Shown here in pieces: positions 1 through 12,000 of a DNA stretch of 64,000 nucleotides. Location of the stretch: assembly GCA_964016885.1 (NCBI GenBank), contig OZ024741.1, positions 138,322,001 to 138,386,000 of the forward strand, given 5' to 3'. Position 1 is the first letter of the stretch. The number at the start of each line of letters is the position of its first letter. This DNA is from Eledone cirrhosa (Eukaryota). The notes below the pieces were generated by a model, which was given only the letters and a program-made list of their open reading frames with translations, was not told the origin of the DNA and ran no database searches. The translations under genes and the position numbers were made by a program.

Positions 1-263
1 AAAAATACAGATATAAATATATATATATATATATCCATATATATAGTCTATCAAAGTTCTTTCGTTGCACATCTGCAACATCATCAGTGGTACTATTATT
101 ATGTTCCCTCCTATTGTATTGTAATGTCTACGCCATTTTAATTTAATTTAATTTATTTATTCTTGACTGGCAATATTATTACAATATGACACTCCCCAAG
201 TATAACAATATTTGTTTCGACACACGATTTCATATCAAAGACCTTGCAAAACAAATATATATA

Positions 264-265
<2 letters not shown>
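1..265 (-). mobile_element. PLE pseudo-LTR remnant (family B)
   Basis: Similar to 34165-34300, 34005-34100, 39460-39800 and 40261-40795 (shared TTGTTATACTTGGGGAG motif); carries an HHR-like core. Confidence 0.65.
47..93 (-). ncRNA. Minimal type I hammerhead ribozyme (degenerate stem I)
   Basis: Reverse complement reads CCA-CTGATGA-T-GTTGCA-GATG-TGCAAC-GAAA-GAAC-TT-TGA. Confidence 0.6.
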
Positions 266-330
<65 letters not shown>

Positions 331-333
<3 letters not shown>

Positions 334-1000
334 AAAATGTTCAACCTAGTCGCAGAGCTCAAGCCGTCTCGACTGCTATTTCTGGACTAAATTAGAATTT
401 TTAGCGTGGTAATAAATAGCGGAGCTTTTCAAGGCGTAATTCCTTATATGGGAAGATTGTAGTTGTCAAAAGGATTGGTCAACATTTCTAGTATACAATT
501 AAATCTTTCATGGCAGTGGGTGGAAGGTGGTGGTGGCTGAACTTGCCTGTAGAACAATGAGCGAGTCGGTGGAGCCGGTCAAGCGTCGAAAGTGAATTTA
601 ATGCAGCAAATTCTGAGGAATGTGTATGAGATTAAGCTACTTAGAAAGCAGGGGAAAGAGAATTCTAGAGGAATATGAGAGTGGGAAGTTATAAAATTAA
701 AGGGTTAATAAATTGAGATAAAAAAAAAAAAAAAAAATTAAATAGTAAAAAATAATTAAAACATTCTAGAGTCTAAAGCAGCTGTTATATTTTTAGTTAG
801 TATTGAGTTTTCGGCCAATGCTATATATAATTTACAAGGGTGGGTGGTACTGAGGCTGCAAAAGCCCGATGGGCTGCCTCAGGGTAGGCGAAAGAGGAAA
901 AAGGAAAAGGAAGAGGTGAGTGAGTGCAAGGAAGTGAGAGGAAGAGATAAGGGGAAAAAGAAAAGAAGTACATCTACCAATGTATGGTGGGATAAACTCC
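331..1000 (-). mobile_element. Diverged PLE pseudo-LTR/3' region
   Basis: Reverse complement matches 43780-44870 in patches (840-900 vs 43860-43925; 350-452 vs 44745-44850); decayed TTGAAAA-core HHR. Confidence 0.6.
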
Positions 1001-1104
1001 TACCTGGACTTTGAATTCCTGAAAAATCTGACATCCTACTCTTACATTACTGACAGCTCTTCTGTACATGGCTTAGACTGCTTTTACAAGCCATTTTTCT
1101 ACAC

Positions 1105-1577
1105 CTAAAAACAAAACCTGTCAAAGGGCAAAGAAGCTCTTAAGAGTCAATGGCCATCCAAAATCACCGGGAGAGATGACCCCTTAGCCTTTGTCAAGGC
1201 AGAATTCTAGGAGAAGGAAAACTCTGATATAACACCTGCAACCCTGATGGTATCCAATGATGTTGACTTGTTCTTCTTTTTGGTAAATATCATCTTGGTT
1301 AAGAGAGTGGGACTGGCTTTGTGCAGTGCCTTTGCTCACTATAAAAGCTTCACGGCACAGGCATTGCTTTATATCTGGAGATCTCTCTGCACTTGCCGTC
1401 ACATGGTACCATGGGCCCAGCACTATGTGTCAATAATTGTCACAAGTGTAGTGTTTGTACCAGAGTTTTCAAGTCGCTGGCTGAACTAAAAAGTCACACT
1501 CGTTCAGCGCTTCGGTAGGGGTTCTCCTACATGGATATAAAGTAGTGGCCGTACTCGAAAACGAGTTGGCAGCCACC
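1105..1577 (+). mobile_element. 5'-truncated bipartite non-autonomous RTE LINE derivative
   Basis: Near-identical to 46340-46812; RTE-like 5'UTR motif CTAGGAGAAGGAAAACTCTGA joined to a C2H2-like C-terminus HKCSVCTRVFKSLAELKSH and a 3' hairpin. Confidence 0.7.
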
Positions 1578-1614
1578 ATATACATATATATATATATTCC
1601 TATATATATATATA

Positions 1615-1790
1615 CGTAGGTCCCGGGTTGAGTCAGGGATAACCACAGTAAGTAAGGTACTCAATACATGGCAGAGTAAAATCTTTTTATTTTATAGACG
1701 GAGCTTCTACAGGACTAGTACTGTTTCATTCAGATGAAATCTTCAGGAAGCTGGGTGTCATATTAAGTTCTGGTATTTTTACATTTAGGT
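1615..1790 (-). repeat. PLE family C terminal arm (inverted partner at 5324-5412)
   Basis: 1701-1787 is the reverse complement of 5324-5412; the tail matches 40030-40110 and 49435-49510. Confidence 0.8.
1702..1752 (-). ncRNA. Type I hammerhead ribozyme (family C)
   Basis: Reverse complement reads AGCTTC-CTGAAGA-TTTCA-TC-TGAAT-GAAA-CAG-TACTAGTC-CTG-TA-GAAGCT. Confidence 0.8.
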
Positions 1791-1959
1791 AGTAAATAAC
1801 CTAGTAAGTAATAAATAATAAATAGTAATTAATTACTTGATGATAATATTAATAACTTAATAGTGACATTAATTATTTTATCCTCTATCAGGCCCAGTTT
1901 AAAATTTAAAATTTAAAATTAAAATTTGTCCCACTAACTTTACACTATAGACACATCTA

Positions 1960-2093
1960 TGAGTGCGAACGAGTGCGTGTTTGTGCATACGCGTTTATGT
2001 GTACTCATTTGTATGTATGTATGTGTATGTATGCGTGTTTGCTTGTAAATGTGTATGTGTGTGTATGTATATATGTATATATATATATATATG

Positions 2094-2146
<53 letters not shown>

Positions 2147-2153
2147 GTGTATG

Positions 2154-2192
<39 letters not shown>

Positions 2193-2651
2193 TTTTATAT
2201 ATATATGTATGTGTGTGTGTATGTGTATATATATATATGTGTGAATGTATGTGTTTGTGTGTGTGTGTGTATGTATGTGTATCTATGTGTGTGCATATGT
2301 ATGTATGTGTATGTATAGTATAGTTTACACGAGAGAGACATACGTACATGTAGGTGTGTATATATATATATATATATATGTATACATATATACGTATATA
2401 TATATATATATGTATGTGTATGCGCACGTGTGTATGTGTAGATATATATGTGTGTGTATGTGTATGCGTGTGTGTGTGTATATTTGTGTGTTTGTGTTTT
2501 TCTTGTGTATATATGTATATATGTGTATGTATGTGTGTGTGTGTATATGTATGTGTGTGTGTGTGTATGTGTATACGCACACATATGTGTGTGTGTGTAT
2601 ATATATATATATATGTATATGTATGTATATGTGTGTGAATGTGTAGGTGTG

Positions 2652-2718
<67 letters not shown>
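1960..2718. repeat. Compound (TA)n/(TG)n microsatellite
   Basis: Direct reading; source of the spurious YIYI/CVCV ORFs. Confidence 0.95.
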
Positions 2719-2722
<4 letters not shown>

Positions 2723-3060
2723 AATGAATAATAACAGGTAGACATCATAAAAAGGTAATTTATTCCGTGTGCTTACAAGTGTTTCCACGGTGGTACTGCA
2801 AGTACTTGTGAATTTGCAGGTAGCATAACTAGGCTGCAGTACGACCGTGGAAACACTTGTAAGCACACGGAATAAATTACCTTTTTATGATGTCTACCTG
2901 TTATTATTCATTCTTTATATACACTCCGGAATAATGAAGGATCAGGAACTAAGTTTCTCAACAATTCTTCCATAACTCGTAGAGTAACCTCTTACCGTAC
3001 GTCAACCATATCCAGTGTAGTAATTAACCATTACTACATCTTGGATAATCCTATACCTAA
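2713..3060 (+). mobile_element. Non-coding PLE fold-back unit with 3' half of an HHR
   Basis: Arms about 2713-2796 and 2836-2920 are near-perfect inverted repeats; GAAA-CACTTG-TA-AGCAC; unique tail to 3060; (TA)n on both sides. Confidence 0.7.
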
Positions 3061-3118
3061 TATATATATATGGAGAAAAAAATTTACGAAATGGAAATGC
3101 GGGTATATAGAATTTATT

Positions 3119-3235
3119 AGGTAACAATTGTTTCTATAGTGTATGAGTTACCTATACCTCGCTATTTGAATAATACACAAATATTATCAAAAACCGAAAG
3201 TACACTGTAAGCCAACACACCATGTCATCAGACCT
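3119..3235 (-). ncRNA. Hammerhead ribozyme with extended stem II (antisense copy)
   Basis: Reverse complement of 4527-4643. Confidence 0.7.
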
Positions 3236-3399
3236 TTGTATTAGAATGATATGAAAATATTTTATACACTAGATAAAAGATAAAGAGGGAGGTAGGAAGA
3301 GAAGGGGAAGAGGGAAGTGAGTAAGGTGGAGGGTGTCTTAGGGTTTAAGACTGTCAGACTAGTAATTGTACACGGGGTTATACCATATGGTATAACCCC

Positions 3400-4116
3400 G
3401 TGTACAATTCTTCTATTAGCACTAAGATTATCTCACAATTCTACACACTAATCAATAAACACTTTACAACTTCACATAAATACTATAAAATCTTTAACTC
3501 GCGCACCATTAGACTCTCATACTCCACTGCACCTAACATAGAACAACTAATTAGAAAACTCAACTCAGCAATACTGAATAAGTACATCCCTAATGACTCA
3601 GCGCACCAGCATAGCAACATGCAACGCACTAACACGCAACCACAACCCCACCAAACTATCCAGGATTCTACTGCAAAACATAAAAATAGTTGTAACTGCA
3701 CCAAACCAGGTACGTGCCCACTGAATAACCAGTGCCTAGCACGCAATATTGTCTACCGGTGTACAATAAATTCCGGGACCAACAAATGGTATTACGTCGG
3801 ATGTACCGCAACTTCTTTCAAGGCTCGCCTATACCAACATCGATCTTCGATCAGGCACGAGAAAATGCGTTCCGTAACAACCCTCGCCGATAAAGCCTGG
3901 CAGCTTCGGAGGAACAATCAAGCGTTCTCCCTTGATTGGCTAATTATTGCAGCTGCGCCTGCATATCAGCAAAATCATCGATTCTGCAAGTTATGCAATT
4001 TAGAGATATACTGCATTTTAACGTCGGTAAACAAACTTTTGAACAGCAAAATTGAACGTTCTCTATACTGTAACCATCGTTTGAAAACGACTTTTTCTTT
4101 TTTTAAATGCATATAA
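3400..4116 (+). CDS. PLE polyprotein C-terminus: linker, CxC-x4-CPL-x3-C zinc knuckle, GIY-YIG endonuclease
   Basis: KHF..HKYYKIFN..LSYS..PN, CNCTKPGTCPLNNQC, IVY..YYVG..FKARLYQH, CKLCNLE, LN..CNH. Confidence 0.9.
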   Translation: MYNSSISTKIISQFYTLINKHFTTSHKYYKIFNSRTIRLSYSTAPNIEQLIRKLNSAILNKYIPNDSAHQHSNMQRTNTQPQPHQTIQDSTAKHKNSCNCTKPGTCPLNNQCLARNIVYRCTINSGTNKWYYVGCTATSFKARLYQHRSSIRHEKMRSVTTLADKAWQLRRNNQAFSLDWLIIAAAPAYQQNHRFCKLCNLEIYCILTSVNKLLNSKIERSLYCNHRLKTTFSFFKCI

Positions 4117-4526
4117 TGTTACCTTTTTACACCAACGTTTGCAAATTTCTGTCTTATATGTTTATACACTAGATATGGCTTTCTATAATAATAGTACTAA
4201 ACACTGTTTTTCTGGACCCCTTTAGAAATAACCTGCTACTATAATAGCCCTAATAACTTGTCTGTGACATTGTACCACTTTGACCCCTCTAACTAAATTT
4301 TGTCCGAACAACACCACTAGAAGTATCTACTTCCCAGCCAACCTTAGCACGCCTCATTAAGCTAACTGCTGCCAAAACATTCTCTCTTCACAATCTCTAC
4401 TAGTCTGACAGTCTTAAACCCTAAGACTCCCTCCACCTTACTCACTTCCCTCTTCCCCTTCTCGTCCTACCTCCCTCTTTATCTTTTATCTAGTGTATAA
4501 AATATTTTCATATCACTCTAATACAA

Positions 4527-4643
4527 AGGTCTGATGACATGGTGTGTTGGCTTACAGTGTACTTTCGGTTTTTGATAATATTTGTGTATTATTCAAATAG
4601 CGAGGTATAGGTAACTCATACACTATAGAAACAATTGTTACCT
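4527..4643 (+). ncRNA. Hammerhead ribozyme with about 90-nt stem II
   Basis: AGGT-CTGATGA-[long hairpin]-GAAA-CAATTG-TT-ACCT; palindromic stem III AACAATTGTT. Confidence 0.7.
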
Positions 4644-5360
4644 AATAAATTCTATATACCCGCATTTCCATTTCGTAAATTTTTTCTCCATATTTTCTCC
4701 GGATTTTAAAACACACTTTATTATACGTTGAGCAATCTCTGACGTCAGTTGACTCCATCCAATGCAACTACTTAGTAACATTGGAATACAAATTATCTAA
4801 TTATATATATATATATATAGGTATATATATATGTGTGAGTATGTGTTTAAATATGTGTGTGTATATATATGTGTGTGTAAGTGTTTTTGTATGTGGTTGT
4901 GAGTATGTAAATATATTTTATTCTTTCCATCCTACAAAAACACTCTGGCCACCTGTGGCTTGTATGTTAACTTGACCACTCACCCCAGTCTGTGCCATGA
5001 TTCGGTCTTGTTAAATGTTTAATTTCTATTACCAACCCACCTAAATTTCCCTACTATATATCTGTTGAATTACTATTCTTGGGGTTTTTATTTATTTATT
5101 TATTTATTTATTTTTATTTATTTTTTAATTTTTTTAATTTATTTTATTCATTTATTCTTTTATCTATTTATTCATTTATCTATTTATTTACTTATTTATT
5201 TATTTCAAAAAAGCACTCCCCAAAAGCACTCCCCAAAGAAAAAACGGCCTGTGCCATGAAGTGGTCCTGTGTGTCTAAATACCCCCCCCCCCCCTACATT
5301 CCACCACCCCTCCCTTACCACTAGCTAAATGTATAAATACCAGAACTTAATATGACACCC

Positions 5361-5411
5361 AGCTTCCTGAAGATTTCATCTGAATGAAACAGTACTAGTC
5401 CTGTAGAAGCT
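5361..5411 (+). ncRNA. Type I hammerhead ribozyme (family C)
   Basis: 6-bp stem I AGCTTC/GAAGCT, CTGAAGA, stem II, GAAA, stem III CAG/CTG, GUA cleavage triplet. Confidence 0.85.
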
Positions 5412-5537
5412 CCTTCTATAAACGTTTGAATATGTATAATACAGCGAAAACAATGCAGGTATGGACATAGAATAAAGAATGTAAATGCAAAAGATATTGT
5501 TGATAATTAGTCTTTTAACTTAGATTTATTTAAATGT

Positions 5538-5572
5538 CCTTAATTTTCGAGATAATATCTCTTCTTCAGAGG
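5538..5572 (-). ncRNA. Minimal hammerhead ribozyme
   Basis: Reverse complement of 7169-7203. Confidence 0.75.
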
Positions 5573-6203
5573 GAAATAAAGGTCTCAAACCACCGTTCTA
5601 AGTAGCTTGCCAAGTCATGCTGACAGGAAATGGTATAGAGTATCTGTTCTATCTCTAATGTCAAAGAGTTAAAATTAGGTGGATAAAGAGTAGTCTCCCT
5701 TTAAAAGGTTTTTTTTTTTGTTTTTTTTTGGTTTTTTTATATACATGCCTGTTTAAGTGTGTGGGAGAATGCATGAAGGTGTAAGTATGTGAGTGTGTGT
5801 GAGTGTGAGAAGATAAGTCTATTCGTAAATGTGGGGGATAGGTGTTACTGGTGTTAGAACTGGTTTTGTGTGTGTATGTGTGAGAGAGAATAAGTGGAGG
5901 TGTAAGCGTGTGTGTGTGTGTGTGCGTGCGTGCGTGTGTGTGTGGGGTGTGTGTAAATATGGGGCTAGAAGCTCTATCAGGTTATAAATTGCGTGTTGAG
6001 TTCTAGTCTATTATTGATTGGTGGTTGTGTTTTATCTATATATGTTTTTGCATTTAACTAGGTGTTTTTTAAATGAGGAAGCGTTAGTATTGAGGTGTTC
6101 TTTTATTCTTATGTGGAGTGGTCTGGTGGTGCTAACTACGTAGAAGTTGTTGCATTTGTCACACTCTAGTCTGTATACGACGTAAGCCTGGTGGCATAGG
6201 TCT

Positions 6204-6580
6204 GTGTCGTTGATGGGGCAGTTGACTGTCAAAAGACACTGCACCAGACATGACAACTTCTGCAGACGAGCCAACTGCCCCACAGACCTATGCCACCAGG
6301 CTTACGTCGTATACAGACTAGAGTGTGACAAATGTAACAACTTCTACGTAGGTAGCACTACCAGACCACTCCACATAAGAATAAAAGAAGACCTCAATAC
6401 TAACGCTTCCTCATTTAAGAAACACCTAGTTAAATGCAAAAAACAACGACAAAACCATAACAGTTAGGATAGAAACTAAGGAAAGAAACCTCAGCAATCT
6501 TAGAATTAAGGGAGCACTAATTATAGATAAAACACAACCACCAATCAATAATAGACTAGAATTCAACACCCAATTTATAA
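6204..6580 (+). pseudogene. PLE GIY-YIG endonuclease fragment (mirror copy at 6000-6222, minus strand)
   Basis: VVYRLECDKCNNFYVGSTTRPLHIRIKE; after a frameshift LRIKGALIIDKTQPPIN. Confidence 0.85.
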
Positions 6581-6979
6581 CCTGATAGAGCTTCTCGCCC
6601 CATATTTACACCCCCCCCCACACACACGCTTACACCTCCACTTATTCTCTCTCACACATACACACACAAAACCAGTTCTAACACCAGATAACATATATCC
6701 CCCACATTTACGAATAGACTTATCTTCTCACACTCACACACACACACACTCACATACTTACACCTTCATGCATTCTCCCACACACTTAAACAGGCATGTA
6801 TATAAAAAAACAAAAAAAAAACCCAAAACAAACCCCTTTTAATGGGAGACTACTCTTTATCCACCTAATTTTAACTCTTTGACATTAGAGATAGAACAGA
6901 TACTCTATACCATTTCCTGTCACTATGACTTGGCAAGCTACTTAGAACGCTGGTTTGAGACCATTATTTCCCTCTGAAG

Positions 6980-7160
6980 GGGGGATTGGCAGTATCGGTA
7001 GAGAGTCGGACGCCATGCTTTCCAGCATAGTTACGGCCCTTGCCATTCTGAGTTCAAATCCCGCCGAGGTTAACTTTGCCTTTCATCCTTACGGGGTCGA
7101 TAAAATAAAGTACCAGTAATGCACTGGGTAATTACTGGCCTTGTGCCAAAAGTAGAAACA
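6980..7160 (+). mobile_element. tRNA-derived SINE with 17-bp TSD
   Basis: B-box GAGTTCAAATCC; core GCCTTTCATCCTTACGGGGTCGATAAAAT; TSD ATTATTTCCCTCTGAAG at 6963-6979 and 7161-7177. Confidence 0.9.
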
Positions 7161-7168
7161 ATTATTTC

Positions 7169-7203
7169 CCTCTGAAGAAGAGATATTATCTCGAAAATTA
7201 AGG
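7169..7203 (+). ncRNA. Minimal hammerhead ribozyme
   Basis: CCT-CTGAAGA-A-GAGAT-ATT-ATCTC-GAAA-AT-TA-AGG. Confidence 0.75.
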
Positions 7204-7386
7204 ACATTTAAATAAATCTAAGGTAAAAGACTAATTATCAACAATATCTTTTGCATTTACATTCTGTATTCTATGTCCATACCTGCATTGTTTTGGCTGT
7301 ATTATACATATTCAAACGTTTATACCTCATTAAACAATGCTTCAAGTGAACTATAACCTCCTCCCATATATATATATATATATATA

Positions 7387-8758
7387 TACGATATTAAATA
7401 AATGGAAACTATATTTATAAAACCATATTTATTTCATTATATATATTTCAGGGATATCATATTAAAAATATGTTATGCCTTCTTCAGACAAAATACAATA
7501 TAAACAGTCTTATAAATAGATAGATTCGACATACCTTTCAACTTCGACTTCTATTTGAAAAGTTGATTTGGTAGTGAAAACATATTAGGGACGGAGGAGA
7601 TATTTTTATACTAAAATCTAAAAATTCCCTTAATTTACGGACAAATTTATTCAGTTGCTGCAGACATAGATTGAACTTTTAAATATAAATATAAATTTAA
7701 AATGTAGTATATTTAATTTGATTTATAATTATTTATGAAACTCGCCGATAAATCTTTCGATTCCTTTTTATTTTAAACATTCTTCATGAATAATTAAACT
7801 ACCCTAAAAGCTGATGCTCCAAATATATCGAATAAATTTTACACTAGATAAACTTCTATATTAAATATAAGACCATCTGTAGATCAAATGGGTATCCTAA
7901 ACTTTTGGAATGTTTTCTGCTAGACAGGATTTGGTAAATCATTTTTGGTTTTGTTTGCTTTTGATTCTGATGCTTATAACGAACTTGGCAATATATTGTC
8001 AATTAACTTCGAAGGGTTGATCTATGTGGTTGATTTGCGGGGCATACTATGTTTTATTTTTATTTTAATATTTTTAATATTTTTAATATTTTTATTTTTA
8101 ATATTTTTTTGATTTTTTGTTTTTTATTTACTTTTTGTTTCTGATATTTTTATTGATATATTGATATCTGTTCTCTATTTATGCTTGAACGATAATCATG
8201 TAGAGTAAAGACATGAATAGTATTGTTATAATTAATGTAGACTCTATATATATTTGTGTGTATGTACACATATATGTATACTTAAATTTTTATAGCACAA
8301 TGAGAATGTTTTCGTGTGAAATAGGAATTTGCAGAGATGATCACGTAAATTCACATGGATGTGTATAGTATAAAATCTGGGATAACCTTCTATTTTATCT
8401 CAACTCTAATATAAACCTAGAAATTTTAGACTAGACATATGATCATTATTTTTCACACATTATTGATACATGTCTCATTCTTGAATACTGATATTTACAT
8501 TATAATGCCTGGTTTATACGAATTGATATTTTTTTACATTGATGAAACATAGTGTTTTAAATCTGCCTCGTTTTTGTCTGGATATTTTTCTTTTCTCTCT
8601 ATGTAACGGCTGTTTTCTCTCTTAACCACATATATCTCTCTCTACATTAATGAGCTAAATAAATAAATAAATAAATAAATATATCATTGATACATCATTC
8701 AACTGGTGCCCAACTACCTAGTTTCTTTCTCTCTATCTCTATCTATATCTATCTCTCT

Positions 8759-8805
<47 letters not shown>

Positions 8806-9270
8806 CTTCTCTGTCTCTCTCTATCTATCTCCCTCTGTGTTTTTTCCTCTCTCTATATATCTCTCTCTGTTTCTTTACATGAATTTCTTCTCTCTATCTA
8901 TCTCTCTATATTTATCTCTCTCTATTTAGTTGCATGCATTTCTTCTTTTTCTTCGTTTTTCTTCCTTTTTATAACTGTCCCTAATATTTTTTCACTACCA
9001 AATCAACTTTTCAAATAGAAGTCGAAGTTGAAAGGTATGTCGAATCTATCTATTTATAAGACTGTTTATATTGTATTTTGTCTGAAGAAGGCATAACATA
9101 TTTTTAATATGATATCCCTGAAATATATATAATGAAATAAATATGGTTTTATAAATATAGTTTCCCTTTATTTAATATCGTAAATATACTCCAAATACTT
9201 GTTGAGTGCTTTTATATCAGTTATAAATATTTACTCGTTGTTAACCCAACAATTTAAATAAAACTTTGCA
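7387..9270 (+). mobile_element. PLE fold-back unit (family F)
   Basis: Inverted arms 7387-7592 and 8977-9182; tail to 9270; same family as 36613-37033. Confidence 0.8.
9078..9132 (+). ncRNA. Hammerhead-like motif (mirror at 7437-7491, minus strand)
   Basis: CTGAAGA-AGG..CATATT-TTT-AATATG..CCT-GAAA-TATATA; stem I register ambiguous. Confidence 0.55.
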
Positions 9271-9325
9271 TATATATATATATATGTATATATATACGTA
9301 TATATACGCAAGTACGTATATATAC

Positions 9326-9426
<101 letters not shown>

Positions 9427-9685
9427 TATAAAGAAAAAAAGATGAAATCGAAATGCAACTGGAGTCTTATTTTAAAAAAAAATATATATATTTATTTGGT
9501 GAGAAAAACCACAGACCCTCCATCTGAACTATACGTTTGATAGGTTGCCGCTATTTCAGAGCACCAATTCAAATTTTCAATTTCTGCTTGACCGGCAACC
9601 ACTCCGTATAATTAGTTACTGAATATTACTAGAATTCTATAAGAATCAAACATTCATGATTTTCAGCAGACAGGAGGAGTAGTTG

Positions 9686-9728
9686 GCTTTGATAAGCACC
9701 AAAAAGTCCGAAACAGAGCTCTGTCAGC
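9686..9728 (+). ncRNA. Hammerhead ribozyme, U3-A8 core variant
   Basis: GCT-TTGATAA-GCAC-CAAAAA-GTCC-GAAA-CAGAGCTCTG-TC-AGC. Confidence 0.65.
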
Positions 9729-9975
9729 ATTATCTTCCCTGTTTGCTGAAAATTAAAGTAAGTGAGACTGTCACTACTCTAAAACAATAGCGTAAGGTCT
9801 TCGAAATGCTTGTAATTTGGCATACAGTGTATTGCAAAATACACTATATATACATTCATATATATATCGTTATTTCAGAGCACCAATTCTAATATATATA
9901 TATATTGCATATATATATATATATATACACATATATATATGCATATGTATATATATATATATGCACACATATATA

Positions 9976-10080
<105 letters not shown>

Positions 10081-11199
10081 ATGTGTGTCTGTATGTGTGT
10101 GCATTTATGTATGCATGCATACTTATTATTGTCATAGGGGGCAATATGCTTTTGAACATAAGTGTTATTTGAGAACTGTCCCATCTTAGGTTCAGTAAAT
10201 GTTATGTATCTTTATTCTCATTCAAACTAAGCGAGCAACCGGTATAATATATTCTTTAGTTCCCTGTAAGGTAATAATCCTTACATAGCAACATAATTTA
10301 AATAATCTCCCTTCTTGCACTGAATAATTATTTTGTTTAGAATTCCCTGGATATTTTACCGAATATGGTAGACACCGAAGAAAGATCAGATGCGGATTAG
10401 AAGCGACACATTTTGATAGATATCGAATATCAGTCTATGAAAATAAGTGAACTCAGACATTTAGATACACTCTTTGTAACTGCCATATTGCTTTACATCC
10501 GAATATCAGCCATGTTTTAGATATTAGCATCCTATATAAACTATGATAGGTTGTAGCCGACAGACGCAAATGTTTTAACTTGCTATCGTTATAACGTTCT
10601 TCTTGTTTCATTCTTTAAATATAATTTAACAAATCCATTAGTCTCCCTTTCCTTCGGAATTAATATTTCAATTGCAAACAGTGTTTGTAAATTTTTGTAC
10701 GCAATTCTTTCCACCATGTGCCATCTTTTTGCCACTACTGTTTACCTTATTTACCATGTCATTGAAAATTTCGTCTTCTCCTGAACCTTATTTTACTTAT
10801 TGCTCTGTATCGCTTCTCATAAAATATGACGAATATATTTTCGTATATTACATATTTTAATAGTGTATCATTTTGGAAACAAAATATTGATTATTTAACT
10901 TATTTCCATCATCTTCTATTAAAAGAATAGGAGGCATGCTAATGTTACAGATGTATACTCTGATGACTATTATATATAATATATAATAGGATACCTTCTC
11001 CCACCATTAACCTCCAGGATATCTCTAACATGCACATACATATACATTTAGTTATAACCAGATTCGTTAAGGATTGTTATTTTCAAAATATCACATATTA
11101 CATAGATATGCTTTTCCATGATTATAGAACCCATTGCAAACTGTTATTTACAATATTTTTCATATAGAAGTTATTTCGAAAGCTCGAGTGGAGGGAACA

Positions 11200-12000
11200 A
11201 AAATACATTGAAACCTATTGAAATTTCAAGAGAGCATAAATCTCAATTGTTCATTTAAATTCAATCGGTCTAGTAATAATTGCATTCGGAACATTATCAT
11301 TTAACTGTATCACAGAGTCTTTTGTTATCATTTAATATGAAAACATTGTTCTTGAGATGATATCAGAACAAAAATAAAATAACATTTTCTAGAAACTTGC
11401 AATTATAAAAAATTAAATGAGTTTATAATGGTCGACGTGTATTGCATCGTGTTACCAAATGTGATTTCATTCTGCTTAGTGATCTCACCATGTACAAATA
11501 TGAAAATAAAACAAAGGAGATGCTAGTTGTAGAAGGTATCACATCAGTAACCTTAGAGTCAAAGAGGTTCAAGGAAGCGTTATATCGCATGATTATTTCC
11601 GTTTGAACAACACGAAAAATCGATAAAAACATGTTAAACAACTTGACAAAGATCAATTCTTTTAGAATCCACAAGAAATATCAATTGTTTAGAAAACGAC
11701 GTTAGTCGTTCTATTGCGCGGTTCAATGAATATTTTAATTGTTTGAAGACAGTTCTAAAGCAATTCAATGAAGGGATACATTACTGTTGGCTGAATCTAA
11801 AGAATCATTTTCGGGTTGGATTCAAACAAGAAAGTGACGCAAGTCTCTATGGAGAATTCAGCGCAAAAATAATAATAGCGAGAAAATATGCATTTGACCC
11901 ACGTATAATTCTGCCCAATACATGCTGCAGATAATAGATTAAGTTTAGAGAGAATGCTGTGAGTTAGCAAATCTCATCAGTCATTCTTGGATAATTCGTG
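11200..12000 (-). pseudogene. Possible decayed hAT transposase C-terminal (dimerization domain) remnant
   Basis: VIPSTTS...LSRMKSHL resembles the hAT IPvTtasaERSFSaLkrIKtyLR motif. Confidence 0.3.

Larger units (their letters stand above)
3068..4800 (+). mobile_element. 5'-truncated, partially inverted Penelope-like element (Neptune/Naiad-like)
   Basis: About 295-bp inverted pseudo-LTR arms (3068-3364 and 4398-4692) flank a GIY-YIG ORF; 3' tail to 4800, then (TA)n. Confidence 0.9.
5417..7366 (+). mobile_element. Fold-back Penelope/Poseidon-like element
   Basis: About 800-bp inverted arms (5417-6222 and 6270-7324) include a duplicated GIY-YIG fragment; tail 7325-7366, then (AT)n. Confidence 0.85.

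Noticed and set aside
1963-2866. Long [12 protein letters not shown] ORFs here and throughout the window
   Set aside because: Translations of dinucleotide microsatellites.
6980-7070. tRNA-like A/B boxes
   Set aside because: SINE heads, not tRNA genes; no cloverleaf.
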